64,000 nucleotides of DNA from Candidatus Zixiibacteriota bacterium (lineage in GTDB: Bacteria; Zixibacteria; MSB-5A5; WJJR01): contig JACRMA010000137.1 of NCBI GenBank assembly GCA_016235085.1, positions 11,106 through 75,105 on the forward strand. The letters run 5' to 3'. The notes under the pieces were generated by a model. It did no database searches. It was given only the letters and a program-made list of their open reading frames with translations, and was not told the DNA's origin. Made by a program: the position numbers and the translations under genes. This document shows, piece after piece, positions 50,422-60,947 of this stretch (positions within the stretch are counted from its first letter, which is position 1; each line of letters begins with the position of its first letter).

Positions 50422-51323
50422 GCATGTCCCAACAAACATCGACGATTGCTGCGGGACCGGACCGGTTCACGTTCGCAGACTTCGCGGAGCTGACCCGCCT
50501 CCGCCTGACGTCGCTGATTTTGGTCACCGCTGCGGTGGGTTTTCTGCTCTTTCCAGGACATGCCGGGATGGGGGTACGGCTCCTGTCGGTTCTGATCGGG
50601 CTGGGTCTCGTCTCAGCTGGGGCGACGGCGTGCAATCAGGTGATCGAACGTGACACCGATGCCCGGATGTCACGCACACAGAATCGTCCGTTGCCGCGCG
50701 GACGGATTACTCCGCCGGCGGCTCTGGGGCTGGGTACCATTTTCTGTGCACTGGGGCTGGTCGTTCTGATGACGAAGGCGGGACTGCCGACCGCGATCCT
50801 GGCCGCGGCCAGCGCGGCGATCTACATTGCGGCATACACGCCGCTCAAACGCCGCTCCTCCCTCAACACATTGGTCGGTGCCGTTTCCGGGGCGCTGCCG
50901 CCGGTGATTGGATGGGTCGGCGCCGGTGGGCGCCTTGACGGTGGTGCCACTGTCCTGTTCGGAATTCTCTTTGTCTGGCAGTTGATTCATCTGTTCGCCA
51001 TTGCGTGGATCTACCGTGAGGACTACGCGAATGCCGGGCTGGTCATGGTCAGTGGAACCGATGATGAGGCCGGAACGCTGACCATGCGATTGATCCTGCT
51101 TTCGTCGCTCACCATGATCCCGATCAGCCTGCTGCCATCGCTCATCGGCCAGGCCGGACTGCCATATGCTCTCGCAGCGCTGGTACTGGGCCTGGGATTT
51201 TGCGCCGCGGCAATTCATCTGGCGGTCCGCCGCTCACGCGTGGCGGCGCGCCAACTGTTCCTGGCGTCGATCGCTTATCTTCCGATTCTGCTATTTGTCT
51301 TGGTGATCGATCACGTCAGTTGA
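50418..51323 (+). CDS. ctaB: Protoheme IX farnesyltransferase (heme O synthase)
   Basis: UbiA-family motifs NQVIERDTDARMSRTQNRPLPRGRI; ~300 aa. Confidence 0.85.
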   Translation: MSMSQQTSTIAAGPDRFTFADFAELTRLRLTSLILVTAAVGFLLFPGHAGMGVRLLSVLIGLGLVSAGATACNQVIERDTDARMSRTQNRPLPRGRITPPAALGLGTIFCALGLVVLMTKAGLPTAILAAASAAIYIAAYTPLKRRSSLNTLVGAVSGALPPVIGWVGAGGRLDGGATVLFGILFVWQLIHLFAIAWIYREDYANAGLVMVSGTDDEAGTLTMRLILLSSLTMIPISLLPSLIGQAGLPYALAALVLGLGFCAAAIHLAVRRSRVAARQLFLASIAYLPILLFVLVIDHVS

Positions 51324-51376
51324 GGATCACCGGAAATCGATCTGACTTGATCGGCCGCTTTCGGTTCTGGCGCCGG

Positions 51377-51985
51377 TCAGTTCTGGACGATCATTACCAG
51401 GAACATCACGATCCACACTGCGTCCAGGAAGTGCCAGTACATCGCGGCGTAGGATATGCCGGGATGGTACCCAGCCGAATACACGCCTTGGAAGGATCGG
51501 CGTGTGACAACTCCGAGTTGGATAAGACCGCCAACCACGTGCGCCGCGTGGAGACCGGTCAGCATGTAGAAGGTAAACGCGTACAGATTGCGTGTGGTCG
51601 GCGGCACTTGCGCGGCGGTCAGGGCCAGCCAGTTGAGGAATTGATTAACCAGGAATCCGGTACCGAGGACAGATGCGGCCAGCAGGGCCTTTCGCGCTGC
51701 GCCAAGATTGTTTCTGCGGATTTGGATCAGGGCATAGTGAATCACGACGGAGCAAGCAACGAGGATGACCGTCGATAGCCAGAGTCCCGAAGGCAGCGAA
51801 GGCAGGTCGCTGGTGCGCCAAAGTTGGGCGCGCATGCGCACGACCAGATAGCCGATGATACTGGCGGCGAAGAGGATCGAGAGCGAGATGAGAAAGATCG
51901 CCATGCCGAACCGGCCGGTGTTGGCTTCCGACCGCGTCATCCCGGATGGCACCGGACGAGTTTCTCTGTCGTCCTCTGAGTTCAT
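51377..51985 (-). CDS. Second cytochrome c oxidase subunit III-family protein (paralog of coxC)
   Basis: Subunit-III-like TM pattern with the conserved TGLHAAHVVGG and YWHFLD motifs; 202 aa. Confidence 0.55.
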   Translation of the reverse strand: MNSEDDRETRPVPSGMTRSEANTGRFGMAIFLISLSILFAASIIGYLVVRMRAQLWRTSDLPSLPSGLWLSTVILVACSVVIHYALIQIRRNNLGAARKALLAASVLGTGFLVNQFLNWLALTAAQVPPTTRNLYAFTFYMLTGLHAAHVVGGLIQLGVVTRRSFQGVYSAGYHPGISYAAMYWHFLDAVWIVMFLVMIVQN

Positions 51986-52341
51986 TTCCCCAAGAGCTGT
52001 TCCTGGCGCAGGTCGATGTTAGGCTGGTATTGGCCGCTGTCGGTGAGCACGAGGGAGACAAACAGCAGGACGAAAACCAGCGCCGTGACGAAGACGATCG
52101 CGTGGAACGGCCGGTCATATCGCAAGTGCATGAAATACAGGGCGACCAGCGCTCCCTTGACGGTCGCGATCGCCATGGCGAGATAAAGATTGAGATTGCC
52201 GAGATCGATGTAGACAACTTCAACGGTAACGACGGTCAATACCATGAGCGCCAGCCAGACGGCGACCAGGATGCGAAACGGGACGACGTGCACTGTCGCG
52301 TCGGAACCGTGGCCGGGTTGTGAGTGTGCGTGCTCGCTCAT
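51982..52341 (-). CDS. Cytochrome c oxidase subunit IV (prokaryotic CtaF/CoxD type)
   Basis: 119 aa, three TM helices, KGALVALYFMHL motif typical of caa3 subunit IV. Confidence 0.6.
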   Translation of the reverse strand: MSEHAHSQPGHGSDATVHVVPFRILVAVWLALMVLTVVTVEVVYIDLGNLNLYLAMAIATVKGALVALYFMHLRYDRPFHAIVFVTALVFVLLFVSLVLTDSGQYQPNIDLRQEQLLGK

Positions 52342-52353
52342 CGATAGTATTCC

Positions 52354-53082
52354 TCAGCGAATGAGATACAGAAGAGGGAACAGGAATATCCAGATCAAGT
52401 CCACCAGATGCCAGTACAGCCCGGCGTAATCGACCGGGTAGAAGTAGCTCGGCGAAAACGCACCCCGCCGGGCCTTGACGAGAACCCACCCGATGATGGC
52501 CATCCCGGCAATGATGTGCAGGGCGTGCAAGCCGGTCATGAGGAAGTAGATTCCGAAAAAGACATGCACGTTGGGCGGGCCCGTGTAGTGTGCCTCGGCA
52601 GAATCTGCCGGCGCGGCCTCGCCCGCGTGGGCAGCTTCTTCAATCGGATGGTAGTGCGTCCCCCACAGCAGCCCTTCCTTCCACTTGTTCTGGTACTCGA
52701 CATACTTTACGCCCAGAAAGATAAAAGCGCAGAGCAGCGTTATTGCCAGGAGGTTCACGAGGGCACGCTTCTTGCCAAGTTGCGCCGCCCGCACCGCCCA
52801 CGCCATGGTGAAGCTGGAAAAGATGAGCACTGCGGTGTTCAGCGCTCCCAGGTTTTTGTTTAGAAAGCGGTGGGCATAGATGAAGATGTCGGGGTGATTG
52901 GCGCGGTAGACGGCATAGACGCAGAACAAGCCGGCAAAGAGGAGGATCTCCGTGACCAGGAAGATCCAGATCCCCAGCTTGCCGGACTGGTATTGCTGAT
53001 CAAGCGTGTCGAACTGGTGGGCAAGGTGTGCCGACCGATGTTCTCCGTGTTGTTGATGGCTCTCTTGCATGCGATTTCGCAA
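52354..53082 (-). CDS. coxC: Cytochrome c oxidase subunit III
   Basis: HQFDTLDQQ..GKLGIWIFLVTEILLFAGLF and the HALH motifs are classic for subunit III. Confidence 0.85.
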   Translation of the reverse strand: MRNRMQESHQQHGEHRSAHLAHQFDTLDQQYQSGKLGIWIFLVTEILLFAGLFCVYAVYRANHPDIFIYAHRFLNKNLGALNTAVLIFSSFTMAWAVRAAQLGKKRALVNLLAITLLCAFIFLGVKYVEYQNKWKEGLLWGTHYHPIEEAAHAGEAAPADSAEAHYTGPPNVHVFFGIYFLMTGLHALHIIAGMAIIGWVLVKARRGAFSPSYFYPVDYAGLYWHLVDLIWIFLFPLLYLIR

Positions 53083-53095
53083 CCGGTATTCCCGG

Positions 53096-54778
53096 TCAGG
53101 CGACGCCCTCCGCTGACTCCGCGCGATACGTGAATCCGCCCAGTTTGGGATCGAATACCAGTGGCTTCAAGTCATATGGATCGCCCGCCGTCGGCTGCTG
53201 GGCGAAATTCTCGGTTGGTGGCGGTGAGGCGCAGCGCCATTCGAGCGTGGCGCTTCCCCATGGATTCGCCGGAGCCAGACGGCCGCGGCGCAGTGAGTGG
53301 ATGAGATAGACCGCGACCAGAATAAAGCCGATCGCCTGCAGATACGCCCCGGCGGTCGACCACTGATGGTACGATTCAAACTCCGGGCGGTAATTGTAAT
53401 AACGCCGCGGCATTCCCAGGCTGCCCATGATGAATTGCGAGAGGAAGGTGATATTGAACCCCACCACAATCATCAGGCTGGCGATATTGGCGAGCTTCTC
53501 GTTGTACATACGCCCGAAGATCTTCGGCCACCAGTAGTGCAAGCCGCCCATGAACGCCATGAGCACGCCGCCCATCATCGTGTAATGGAAGTGTGCCACC
53601 ACGAAGTACGTGTCGTGCAGGTGAACGTCGGTGGCGAGTGCCCCCAGAAACAGCCCGGTCAGTCCGCCAATCCCGAACAGGAGGATGAACGCCACCGTGT
53701 ACGTCATCGGCGCATCCATCTTGATGGAGCCTTTGTACATGGTGGCAACCCAGTTGAAGACCTTGACCGCTGAGGGAATGGCCACGCTGAACGTCAGCGC
53801 GGAGAAGATCATGTTGGCCATCGGCGACTGCCCGCTGACAAACATGTGATGTCCCCAGACGAGGAAGCTGAGGAAGGCAATTGCGACGCTGCTGTAGGCA
53901 ATGGCCTTGTAACCGAAGATGTGCTTCCGGCTGAACGTTGATACCAATTCGCTGATAACTCCCATCGCCGGCAGAATCATGATGTAGACGGCCGGGTGTG
54001 AGTAAAACCAGAAGAAGTGCTGGAACAGGACTGGATCACCGCCGAGTGTTGGGTCGAAGATGCCCACACCGAGGACACGCTCGACGATCAACAAGAGCAG
54101 TGTGATCCCCAGCACCGGTGTGGCGAGCACCTGGATGATCGCGGTCGCGTACAGTGCCCAAAGAAACAGGGGCATCCGGAACCAGCCCATGCCCGGTGGC
54201 CGGAACCGATGGATCGTCACGATGAAATTCAACCCGGTCAGAATGGACGAGAATCCGAGAATAAACGCACCGAACACGATGGGAACGACCGCGCTCGTTG
54301 TCGTTGTGCTGTAAGGAGTGTAAAACGTCCAACCCGTGTCAGCTCCACCGTGGATCAGCGAGTAGATGGCAAACAGCGCGCCGATCACGTACAGGTGCCA
54401 GCTCAGCCGGTTGAGGCGTGGGAAGGCCACGTCGCGTGCCCCCAGCATCAACGGCAGCACAAAATTGCCCAGCGCGGCCGGAATGCCGGGGATAATGAAA
54501 AGAAAAATCATGATCGCGCCATGGAGCGTGAAGACACGGTTGTATGTTTCCGCCTCCATGACTGTTTTCGTCGGCGTCAACAGCTCCGTGCGGATCAGCA
54601 TCGCAAACAGTCCGCCGAGGAACATCGCGGCCAAGATCGATATCAGGTACAGCACGCCGATGCGCTTATGGTCCAGCGTCATGATCCAGGACTTGATGCC
54701 GTGTCCGTCCTGGAGATAGCTGGCCGCGTGTTCAGGCTCAGCGGCGGCGGGGGTTGCCGGGGAACTGACTGTATTCAT
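53096..54778 (-). CDS. coxA: Cytochrome c oxidase subunit I (heme-copper oxidase catalytic subunit)
   Basis: 560 aa; the conserved WFFGHPEVY-type region, the HH pair and multiple TM helices, e.g. ..[16 protein letters not shown].., HHMF and HFHY. Confidence 0.9.
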   Translation of the reverse strand: MNTVSSPATPAAAEPEHAASYLQDGHGIKSWIMTLDHKRIGVLYLISILAAMFLGGLFAMLIRTELLTPTKTVMEAETYNRVFTLHGAIMIFLFIIPGIPAALGNFVLPLMLGARDVAFPRLNRLSWHLYVIGALFAIYSLIHGGADTGWTFYTPYSTTTTSAVVPIVFGAFILGFSSILTGLNFIVTIHRFRPPGMGWFRMPLFLWALYATAIIQVLATPVLGITLLLLIVERVLGVGIFDPTLGGDPVLFQHFFWFYSHPAVYIMILPAMGVISELVSTFSRKHIFGYKAIAYSSVAIAFLSFLVWGHHMFVSGQSPMANMIFSALTFSVAIPSAVKVFNWVATMYKGSIKMDAPMTYTVAFILLFGIGGLTGLFLGALATDVHLHDTYFVVAHFHYTMMGGVLMAFMGGLHYWWPKIFGRMYNEKLANIASLMIVVGFNITFLSQFIMGSLGMPRRYYNYRPEFESYHQWSTAGAYLQAIGFILVAVYLIHSLRRGRLAPANPWGSATLEWRCASPPPTENFAQQPTAGDPYDLKPLVFDPKLGGFTYRAESAEGVA

Positions 54779-54792
54779 TCGAATCAGTCATC

Positions 54793-55776
54793 CTATCGCT
54801 TAAGGGTTTTGAGGTACTCAATGATCACTGTGATCTCGTTGTCTTTGAGTTTCCCCTTGTAGGTTGGCATGACCGGCTGGTAACCGGCCACAATCTTGGC
54901 TTGGGGATCGATGATCGCCTCACGGATGTAATTTTCATCAACGGTCAACTTAGCGCCGTCCTTCATCGTCTCGCTCCGCCCGAACATCCCGAGGAAACTC
55001 GGGCCGGTGCTGGCGCCGCCGTCGATAGTGTGGCACTGCTTGCAACCTCGCGTCAGGTACAGTTTCTCGCCTGCCTCAGCGGGGGGCAGCTTGCTGATCT
55101 CATCTCCCACCTCGGTGAGCCACTTCTCGTATTCACCCGGCGGATGGACGACGACCCACGCTGACATGTCGGAGTGTCCGCGGCCGCAGTATTGGGTGCA
55201 GAATATGATGTGTTTGCCGGGACGGCTGACGTTAAACCAGACAGTGGAGTAGCGCCCGGGAACAACGTCCATCTTCTGCCGAAAATCGGGAATGAAAAAA
55301 CCGTGGATGACATCCTCGGACGTCATGATGAGTTTGACGGGCTGGTCGACCGGGACATGCAAATCCGGATCGACATGACCGTTGGGATAGCTGAACAGCC
55401 ACTGCCACTTTTGGCCGGTGACTTGGATTTCGAGCGCATTCTCCGGGGCGATCTTCATGTCCATGTAGCCGGTGAATCCGAAGTAGAAGATCACGATGAC
55501 GATGATGGTCGGGATGACCGTCCAGGTAATCTCCAGCCAGGTATGATGCGTCGGAGGCTGGCCCGCTTCGATTCCCTGACGTCTGCGATACCGCAGCAGG
55601 AAGTAGATGGTGAGTACCGCGATCAGCGCGAAGAAGAAGACCGAAATGCCGAGGATCAGATTGAACAGCCAGTCCACCTGTCCGGCCGCGGCGGTGCCTT
55701 CCTCGGGCAGCCAGAAAGCGTTCGATGCCCTCAGTGGGACCAGGGATGCCAGGACGGCAGGGATTGAGTGGATCAC
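54793..55776 (-). CDS. coxB: Cytochrome c oxidase subunit II with a C-terminal cytochrome c domain (caa3-type)
   Basis: CuA site H...CTQYCGRGHSDM and a C-terminal CxxCH (GCKQCH). The upstream ORF-track extension (MAFPGRL..) overlaps sco1 and is rejected; start placed at GTG (VIHSIPAV). Confidence 0.8.
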   Translation of the reverse strand: MIHSIPAVLASLVPLRASNAFWLPEEGTAAAGQVDWLFNLILGISVFFFALIAVLTIYFLLRYRRRQGIEAGQPPTHHTWLEITWTVIPTIIVIVIFYFGFTGYMDMKIAPENALEIQVTGQKWQWLFSYPNGHVDPDLHVPVDQPVKLIMTSEDVIHGFFIPDFRQKMDVVPGRYSTVWFNVSRPGKHIIFCTQYCGRGHSDMSAWVVVHPPGEYEKWLTEVGDEISKLPPAEAGEKLYLTRGCKQCHTIDGGASTGPSFLGMFGRSETMKDGAKLTVDENYIREAIIDPQAKIVAGYQPVMPTYKGKLKDNEITVIIEYLKTLKR

Positions 55777-56609
55777 TTGGCGACCCCGGCTAACATCTCT
55801 TTGCGGTGCGCATCCCGGCGCCATCTTATGCCCAGCATGATTCCCAGCGCGACGACCGTGAGGAGCCCGGCCAGGCGCATGAGGAGCATGGCCGCCAGGG
55901 CGTAGCGTCCGGATTTGTTGTCGTAATGGAAGCAAAAGAGCAGAACCCGGTCGATCGTGGTGCCGATCTTGCCCTGTGACGCCTCCAACAGCGAGAACGT
56001 GAGCGTCTGCGGCTCGTACATCACCCCGTACAAATACCGTGACAGATGTCCATCGGGAGTGCAAATCATCGAGACCGCCGCGTGGATGTACTGATCCTGA
56101 TCCTGATCGTACTTGTAACCGAAGCCGACAGTTCCTGCCAGTGTCTTGATGTTGGTGTCCAAGCCGACCAGGAAATGCCACCCCGGACCGGATTCGGGCT
56201 GGCCGTATTCTTTCATGTATTTCTGCTTGGTGAGCTTCGCACGTGTTGGCGATTCACGCGGGTCGATACTGACCGTCACGATCTCGTAGTCCCGTCCCAG
56301 GACAAGCTTGCTTCCCTTGAGTCCTTCGACCAGTCCATCAAGCTGAACCTGGCAGAGCATCGGGCAATTGGAATAATTCAAGGTGAGGACGACCGGCTTC
56401 TGGCCCCCGAAGTAATCGCCGAGCCGTACCGGCTTGCCGGTTTCATCGGTGAATTCCAGATCCAGCGGGAGGGCGACATCCGGGTGTTCTGTGATCCCAA
56501 CGCCTTCCAACTCTGGCGGCAAAGGCTCGATCCGCTCAGCGGCCCATGCCTGCGGGCGGACCACCGTTAGGAGCGCGATAGCAAATACAATCAGACGGAT
56601 TGCTTTCAT
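55773..56609 (-). CDS. SCO1/SenC copper chaperone for CuA assembly
   Basis: Thioredoxin-like fold with CxxxC (NCPMLC) and a conserved His; signal/anchor at the N-terminus. Confidence 0.8.
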   Translation of the reverse strand: MKAIRLIVFAIALLTVVRPQAWAAERIEPLPPELEGVGITEHPDVALPLDLEFTDETGKPVRLGDYFGGQKPVVLTLNYSNCPMLCQVQLDGLVEGLKGSKLVLGRDYEIVTVSIDPRESPTRAKLTKQKYMKEYGQPESGPGWHFLVGLDTNIKTLAGTVGFGYKYDQDQDQYIHAAVSMICTPDGHLSRYLYGVMYEPQTLTFSLLEASQGKIGTTIDRVLLFCFHYDNKSGRYALAAMLLMRLAGLLTVVALGIMLGIRWRRDAHRKEMLAGVAK

Positions 56610-56929
56610 TGGGCTGCCGCCTTGGCGGGGACTTGGGGACGCGTCGAATCCGCCGCCAGATCGCGCACGACCAGTTCCATGGCGCGGTCAATCGGGATTG
56701 TGACCGTTCCCTTGGATCGGTCAATCCACCGGTACCCCTCGAGAAGTTCGAGCTGCTCGGCGCGCAGTGCCGTCAGCTCTTCCGAGGCGACCGCTTTCCG
56801 CGAAATTTCAGATTCCTGAGCCTGATAATACGCGGCCTGAAGCGCGACGATCAGGACCAGGGTGATGAGCACGCTGATCGCGCCGACGTAAACCGTTCTC
56901 AGGGCATCGGGATCGCTTTGATTACTCAT
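56606..56929 (-). CDS. Small single-pass membrane protein; position consistent with ActG of alternative complex III
   Basis: 107 aa, one TM helix, sits between actF and sco1; assignment by synteny only. Confidence 0.4.
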   Translation of the reverse strand: MSNQSDPDALRTVYVGAISVLITLVLIVALQAAYYQAQESEISRKAVASEELTALRAEQLELLEGYRWIDRSKGTVTIPIDRAMELVVRDLAADSTRPQVPAKAAAQ

Positions 56930-56951
56930 GGTTCACCAATACATCTTGACG

Positions 56952-58163
56952 CTATACGTTCTCAAACGACAGCGATTCATCCAGCCTCGGATCCCTCACC
57001 GGGATCAGCGCATTTCGGCTCAAATTATACGTTACGGCGGCGATCATCAAAGCTCCAACTCCGACCAGGCAGAGAACATGCATGAGTGAAAATCCCAGGC
57101 TGCTGGGGCTCGACTCCGGCATTGTCAGCCAGTAAACGTCCAGCAAGTGCATGAGCAGCACCCAGGAGGCGGCCAATGCCAATGTGGCCGGGCGGCGCTT
57201 CACGCCACGGGAGATCAAGAGCCAGAAGGGAATCACAAAGTGCCCCAGGAGCAGGATCAGGCTGAAACCCGACCACGGGCCACTGAGACGGCGCAGATAC
57301 CAACTGGTCTCCTCGGGAATGTTCGAGTACCACATGAGCATGAATTGCGAAAACGCAATGTATGCCCAGAACACCACAAACGCGAAGGTCAGTTTCCCCA
57401 GGTCGTGGTAATGTTCACGCGTCACCGCATGCTGAATTCGTCCCCACCGCTGCAGAGACATCGTCAGCAACGGGAGCAAGGCGCAAAACCCGACGACACT
57501 GCCGGAGAACAGGTAGACCCCATAAATTGTGCTGTACCAGTGGGGATCGCGGGACATCAAGACATCGAATGAAAAGAAAGTCGCCGTCAATGCAAATACG
57601 ACCATTCCCGGAGCGCTGAGCCGTTCCATCTTTATGGTCAGTGCCGGATCGCCAGAGCTGTCCTGCCGTGCCGAAGTCCGCCGGAAGTAGGCTGCCATCA
57701 GACTCCAGATACCGAAGTAGGCGATCCAGCGAATCAGGAAGAACGGAACATTGAGATACGCGGCCTTGCCCGCGAGCACATGATCGCCGGCCGCCTCAGC
57801 ACCCGTCCACGGATAAAGCGAGTGCAGATTTAACAGCAGCGGAATGGACAGAACAGCGAATAGAGGAAAGACACCAGCAATCGCTTCCGCCGGTCGCCGT
57901 ACCACAACTCCCCATCCGGCGCCGGTGACATGCTGAAGCAGTACGAAGAACAGTGCCCCGAGTGCGAGGGTCAGGAAGAACACAAATGCCGTCAGATAGG
58001 CGGTGGCGAATGACTCTCCGCCGTCGGGAGAAAGCAGCCCCATGATCACGGCTGCGGCAATCGCAACAAGACCAATCGCGCCGGTCAGCCAGGTGACTTT
58101 CGCCGCTTTGGCTCCCAACTGGAGATTGTCTTTTGTGATGTCGGCTTTCTGCACTGTGATCAA
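56952..58163 (-). CDS. actF: Alternative complex III subunit ActF (NrfD-like polytopic membrane subunit)
   Basis: 403 aa, ~10 TM helices, follows actE in the canonical actABCDEFG order. Confidence 0.65.
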   Translation of the reverse strand: MITVQKADITKDNLQLGAKAAKVTWLTGAIGLVAIAAAVIMGLLSPDGGESFATAYLTAFVFFLTLALGALFFVLLQHVTGAGWGVVVRRPAEAIAGVFPLFAVLSIPLLLNLHSLYPWTGAEAAGDHVLAGKAAYLNVPFFLIRWIAYFGIWSLMAAYFRRTSARQDSSGDPALTIKMERLSAPGMVVFALTATFFSFDVLMSRDPHWYSTIYGVYLFSGSVVGFCALLPLLTMSLQRWGRIQHAVTREHYHDLGKLTFAFVVFWAYIAFSQFMLMWYSNIPEETSWYLRRLSGPWSGFSLILLLGHFVIPFWLLISRGVKRRPATLALAASWVLLMHLLDVYWLTMPESSPSSLGFSLMHVLCLVGVGALMIAAVTYNLSRNALIPVRDPRLDESLSFENV

Positions 58164-58169
58164 CCGTCC

Positions 58170-58880
58170 TTACCGCAGATCCGATTGGTGATCCGCGGGC
58201 ACATCGTTTGGTGACGCATTCTGGCTGCGCTGCAACGCCCGCATATACGCCACAATCGCCCAGCGATCGCCGACCGGGATCTGAGGTCCGTATGCAGGCA
58301 TGGTGCGAATCCCGTTGCTGATCGTGTTGAACAACTCTCCGTCAGTCCGCTCCCTCACGACATCTGAAGTGAGCGAAGTCGGCGGCACCCACTTGCCTTC
58401 CTGTAACGCATCGGCCCGTTTGGCAACCATCCCGTCGCCCATCCCCGCCAGGCCATGGCAGGGTGCGCAGAAAATGTTGAATCGTTCCCGGCCCCGGTGC
58501 ATCACTTCCATCGTGACCGGGAATGGGAAGGTTGTGGACCAGTTGCCGTCTACCTTTCCACGCAACAACAGATCGTCGTCATCAAGCTCGCCGCGCGCAA
58601 CTGTGCCCTCGACCGGCGGCCGCATGGCACGATGATCGGCAAACAGGGGACTGGCCGTCTGGGCGAGATATTTGGGTTGCTGATCCATGTCGGGAATCAG
58701 TTGAATCCGCGGCACGTCGGATTTCGTCACGCGGGACTTGGCGATAAACACCAGCGGAATCCACGATACCACAACCAGCGTGACAATCACCGGCAGCACC
58801 CACCGCGGCAGACGTTCCCCGGCCGCACGCGTGTACTGGCGAACCGTCTGATGATCCTGCAATTCGCGGAAAATCGACAT
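58170..58880 (-). CDS. actE: Alternative complex III monoheme cytochrome c subunit ActE
   Basis: N-terminal TM anchor and a single CxxCH (FCAPCHG). Confidence 0.7.
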   Translation of the reverse strand: MSIFRELQDHQTVRQYTRAAGERLPRWVLPVIVTLVVVSWIPLVFIAKSRVTKSDVPRIQLIPDMDQQPKYLAQTASPLFADHRAMRPPVEGTVARGELDDDDLLLRGKVDGNWSTTFPFPVTMEVMHRGRERFNIFCAPCHGLAGMGDGMVAKRADALQEGKWVPPTSLTSDVVRERTDGELFNTISNGIRTMPAYGPQIPVGDRWAIVAYMRALQRSQNASPNDVPADHQSDLR

Positions 58881-58884
58881 CGGA

Positions 58885-59472
58885 TTATCCTCGAACCTCT
58901 TCTACGGCGCTGCTGCCGAGTGAACGCAAGAAGCCGGCGGTTCTCTCGGCATCGAATTTCGGATCGTCAGCCTCGATACTGATGAAGAATCGGTCGGCTG
59001 TCGCACGACGGAAGCGATCGTTGGTCAGGAGCGGATGATACAGGGCCGGCAGTCCATTCATCACCAGCATGCCCAGGAACGCGCCAATGGCGGCGCACAG
59101 AACGGTCAACTCGAACATGACCGGGATGTTGGCGGGAATGCTGAAGAGCGGCTTGCCGCTAATGATCAGTGGATAATCGATCGCATTCATCCACCACTGC
59201 ATGGCCAATCCCACGGTTCCACCGGTCAAACCTCCGGCGAGAACCACATAGGGGAGACGTGTCGGTTTCAATCCCATGGCGTCGCTAAGTCCGTGCACGG
59301 GGAACGGCGTGTGCGAATCCCAATGCGTGTATCCCGCGTCGCGCACTTTCTCCGCGGCGGCCATCAATTGGGGGACAGTCTGAAACTCGGCGAGCAGCCC
59401 GAAGATTCCAGTGCCTGCCATCGGAGCGGCGCCATGATCCGGAGCTCCCGAATGTTTCTGGGCCGCCGTCAT
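58885..59472 (-). CDS. actD: Alternative complex III subunit ActD (DUF3341)
   Basis: 195 aa with two TM helices; LAEF..AA...R.AGY motif of DUF3341. Confidence 0.65.
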   Translation of the reverse strand: MTAAQKHSGAPDHGAAPMAGTGIFGLLAEFQTVPQLMAAAEKVRDAGYTHWDSHTPFPVHGLSDAMGLKPTRLPYVVLAGGLTGGTVGLAMQWWMNAIDYPLIISGKPLFSIPANIPVMFELTVLCAAIGAFLGMLVMNGLPALYHPLLTNDRFRRATADRFFISIEADDPKFDAERTAGFLRSLGSSAVEEVRG

Positions 59473-60947
59473 GACTTGCCCCCGCGATGATGCCCACCCT
59501 GCTCGCCATGCTGCTGTGGCATGTCGCCCCAGTAGTCACCGAGTCCCTTATGAACTCCCTCTTCCAAGTGCGCCTGCGGCATGACACTCTTAACTTCCGC
59601 CATCGCAACCATCGGCAGGTAGCGGACAAAAAGTAGGAAGAGCGTGAAGAACAAGCCGAAGCTTCCGGCAAAAGTCAGTATCTCGACATACGTCGGTGTG
59701 TAGCTCAGCCAGCTTCCAGGAAGGAAATCTCGCGATAGCGACGTGACGATGATTACGAAACGCTCGAACCACATGCCGACGTTGATCAGGATGCTGGCTA
59801 CGAAAAGCACCGGAATGCTGCCCCGTAGTTTCTTGAACCAGAAGAGCTGCGGGGTCAGGACGTTGCAGCTGACCATGATCCAATACGCCCAACTGTACGG
59901 TCCCAACGCGCGGTTGAGGAAGGTGAACATCTCGTACGGATTGCCGCTGTACCACGCCATGAAGAACTCGATGGCGTAGGCGAAGCCGACCATCGAACCT
60001 GTGGCGAGGATGATCTTGGACATGTTGTCCAGGTGGCGCATCGTGACGATGTCTTTAAGGCCGAAATACTGGCGCGCCGGGATGATCAGCATCATCACCA
60101 TGGCAAAGCCGGAGAAGATCGCGCCGGCCACGAAGTACGGCGGAAAGACGGTCGTGTGCCATCCGGGAAGCTGCGACGCCGCAAAATCGAAACTCACGAC
60201 CGAGTGCACGCTAACCACCAGCGGTGTGGCGAGCGCCGCCAAAAGCAGGTACGCGCGTTCGTATCGGTGCCACTGGCGATTGGAACCGCGCCAGCCCAGA
60301 CTGAAGATGCCGTAGACAATCTGGCGGACTTTGGTCTTGGCGCGATCACGCAATGTCGCCAGATCCGGGATCATCCCCATGTACCAGAACATGAGCGACA
60401 CGAACATGTACGAAGAGACGGCGAACACATCCCAGAGTAGCGGGCTGCGGAAGTTCGGCCAGACCTGTTGCTGATTCGGTAGCGGGAAGAGCCACCACGC
60501 CAGCCAGATTCGGCCCACGTGGATCGCGGGAAACAGCCCCGCGCAGACGACCGCAAAGATCGTCATCGCCTCCGCGAAGCGGTTGATGCTCGTCCGCCAT
60601 TTCTGCCGGAACAGAAAGAGGATCGCGGAGATGAGTGTCCCGGCGTGCCCGATCCCAACCCAGAAAACGAAGTTGGTGATATCGAAGCCCCAGCCGACCG
60701 GATTGTTCAACCCCCAGACACCGACGCCGGTGAAAACGAGGTAGCCGATCATCGCCACGAGGACACCGGTCAGCGCCAGCGACACGGCAAACGCGACATA
60801 CCAGGCCCGCGGTGGACGTGGCCGTTCCACCAGTCCGGCGACCTTATCAGTCACCGTGGTGAAATCGTTGCCGCCGAGAATCAACTCGGGGCGCACGCGT
60901 GGATCGTCAACAGTTGGGTCTGGTATCGCCGTCTTCATTGATATCAC
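59469..60947 (-). CDS. actC: Alternative complex III quinol-binding membrane subunit ActC (NrfD/PsrC family)
   Basis: 492 aa polytopic NrfD-like protein immediately downstream of actB. Confidence 0.8.
   Translation of the reverse strand: MISMKTAIPDPTVDDPRVRPELILGGNDFTTVTDKVAGLVERPRPPRAWYVAFAVSLALTGVLVAMIGYLVFTGVGVWGLNNPVGWGFDITNFVFWVGIGHAGTLISAILFLFRQKWRTSINRFAEAMTIFAVVCAGLFPAIHVGRIWLAWWLFPLPNQQQVWPNFRSPLLWDVFAVSSYMFVSLMFWYMGMIPDLATLRDRAKTKVRQIVYGIFSLGWRGSNRQWHRYERAYLLLAALATPLVVSVHSVVSFDFAASQLPGWHTTVFPPYFVAGAIFSGFAMVMMLIIPARQYFGLKDIVTMRHLDNMSKIILATGSMVGFAYAIEFFMAWYSGNPYEMFTFLNRALGPYSWAYWIMVSCNVLTPQLFWFKKLRGSIPVLFVASILINVGMWFERFVIIVTSLSRDFLPGSWLSYTPTYVEILTFAGSFGLFFTLFLLFVRYLPMVAMAEVKSVMPQAHLEEGVHKGLGDYWGDMPQQHGEQGGHHRGGKS

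Noticed and set aside
54793-56181. ORF-track N-terminal extension of coxB (462 aa starting MAFPGRLGHQ..)
   Set aside because: The first ~135 codons overlap the 3' end of the sco1 gene and are Arg/His/Gly-rich. A GTG start at ~55776 gives a normal subunit II with a signal/TM region.
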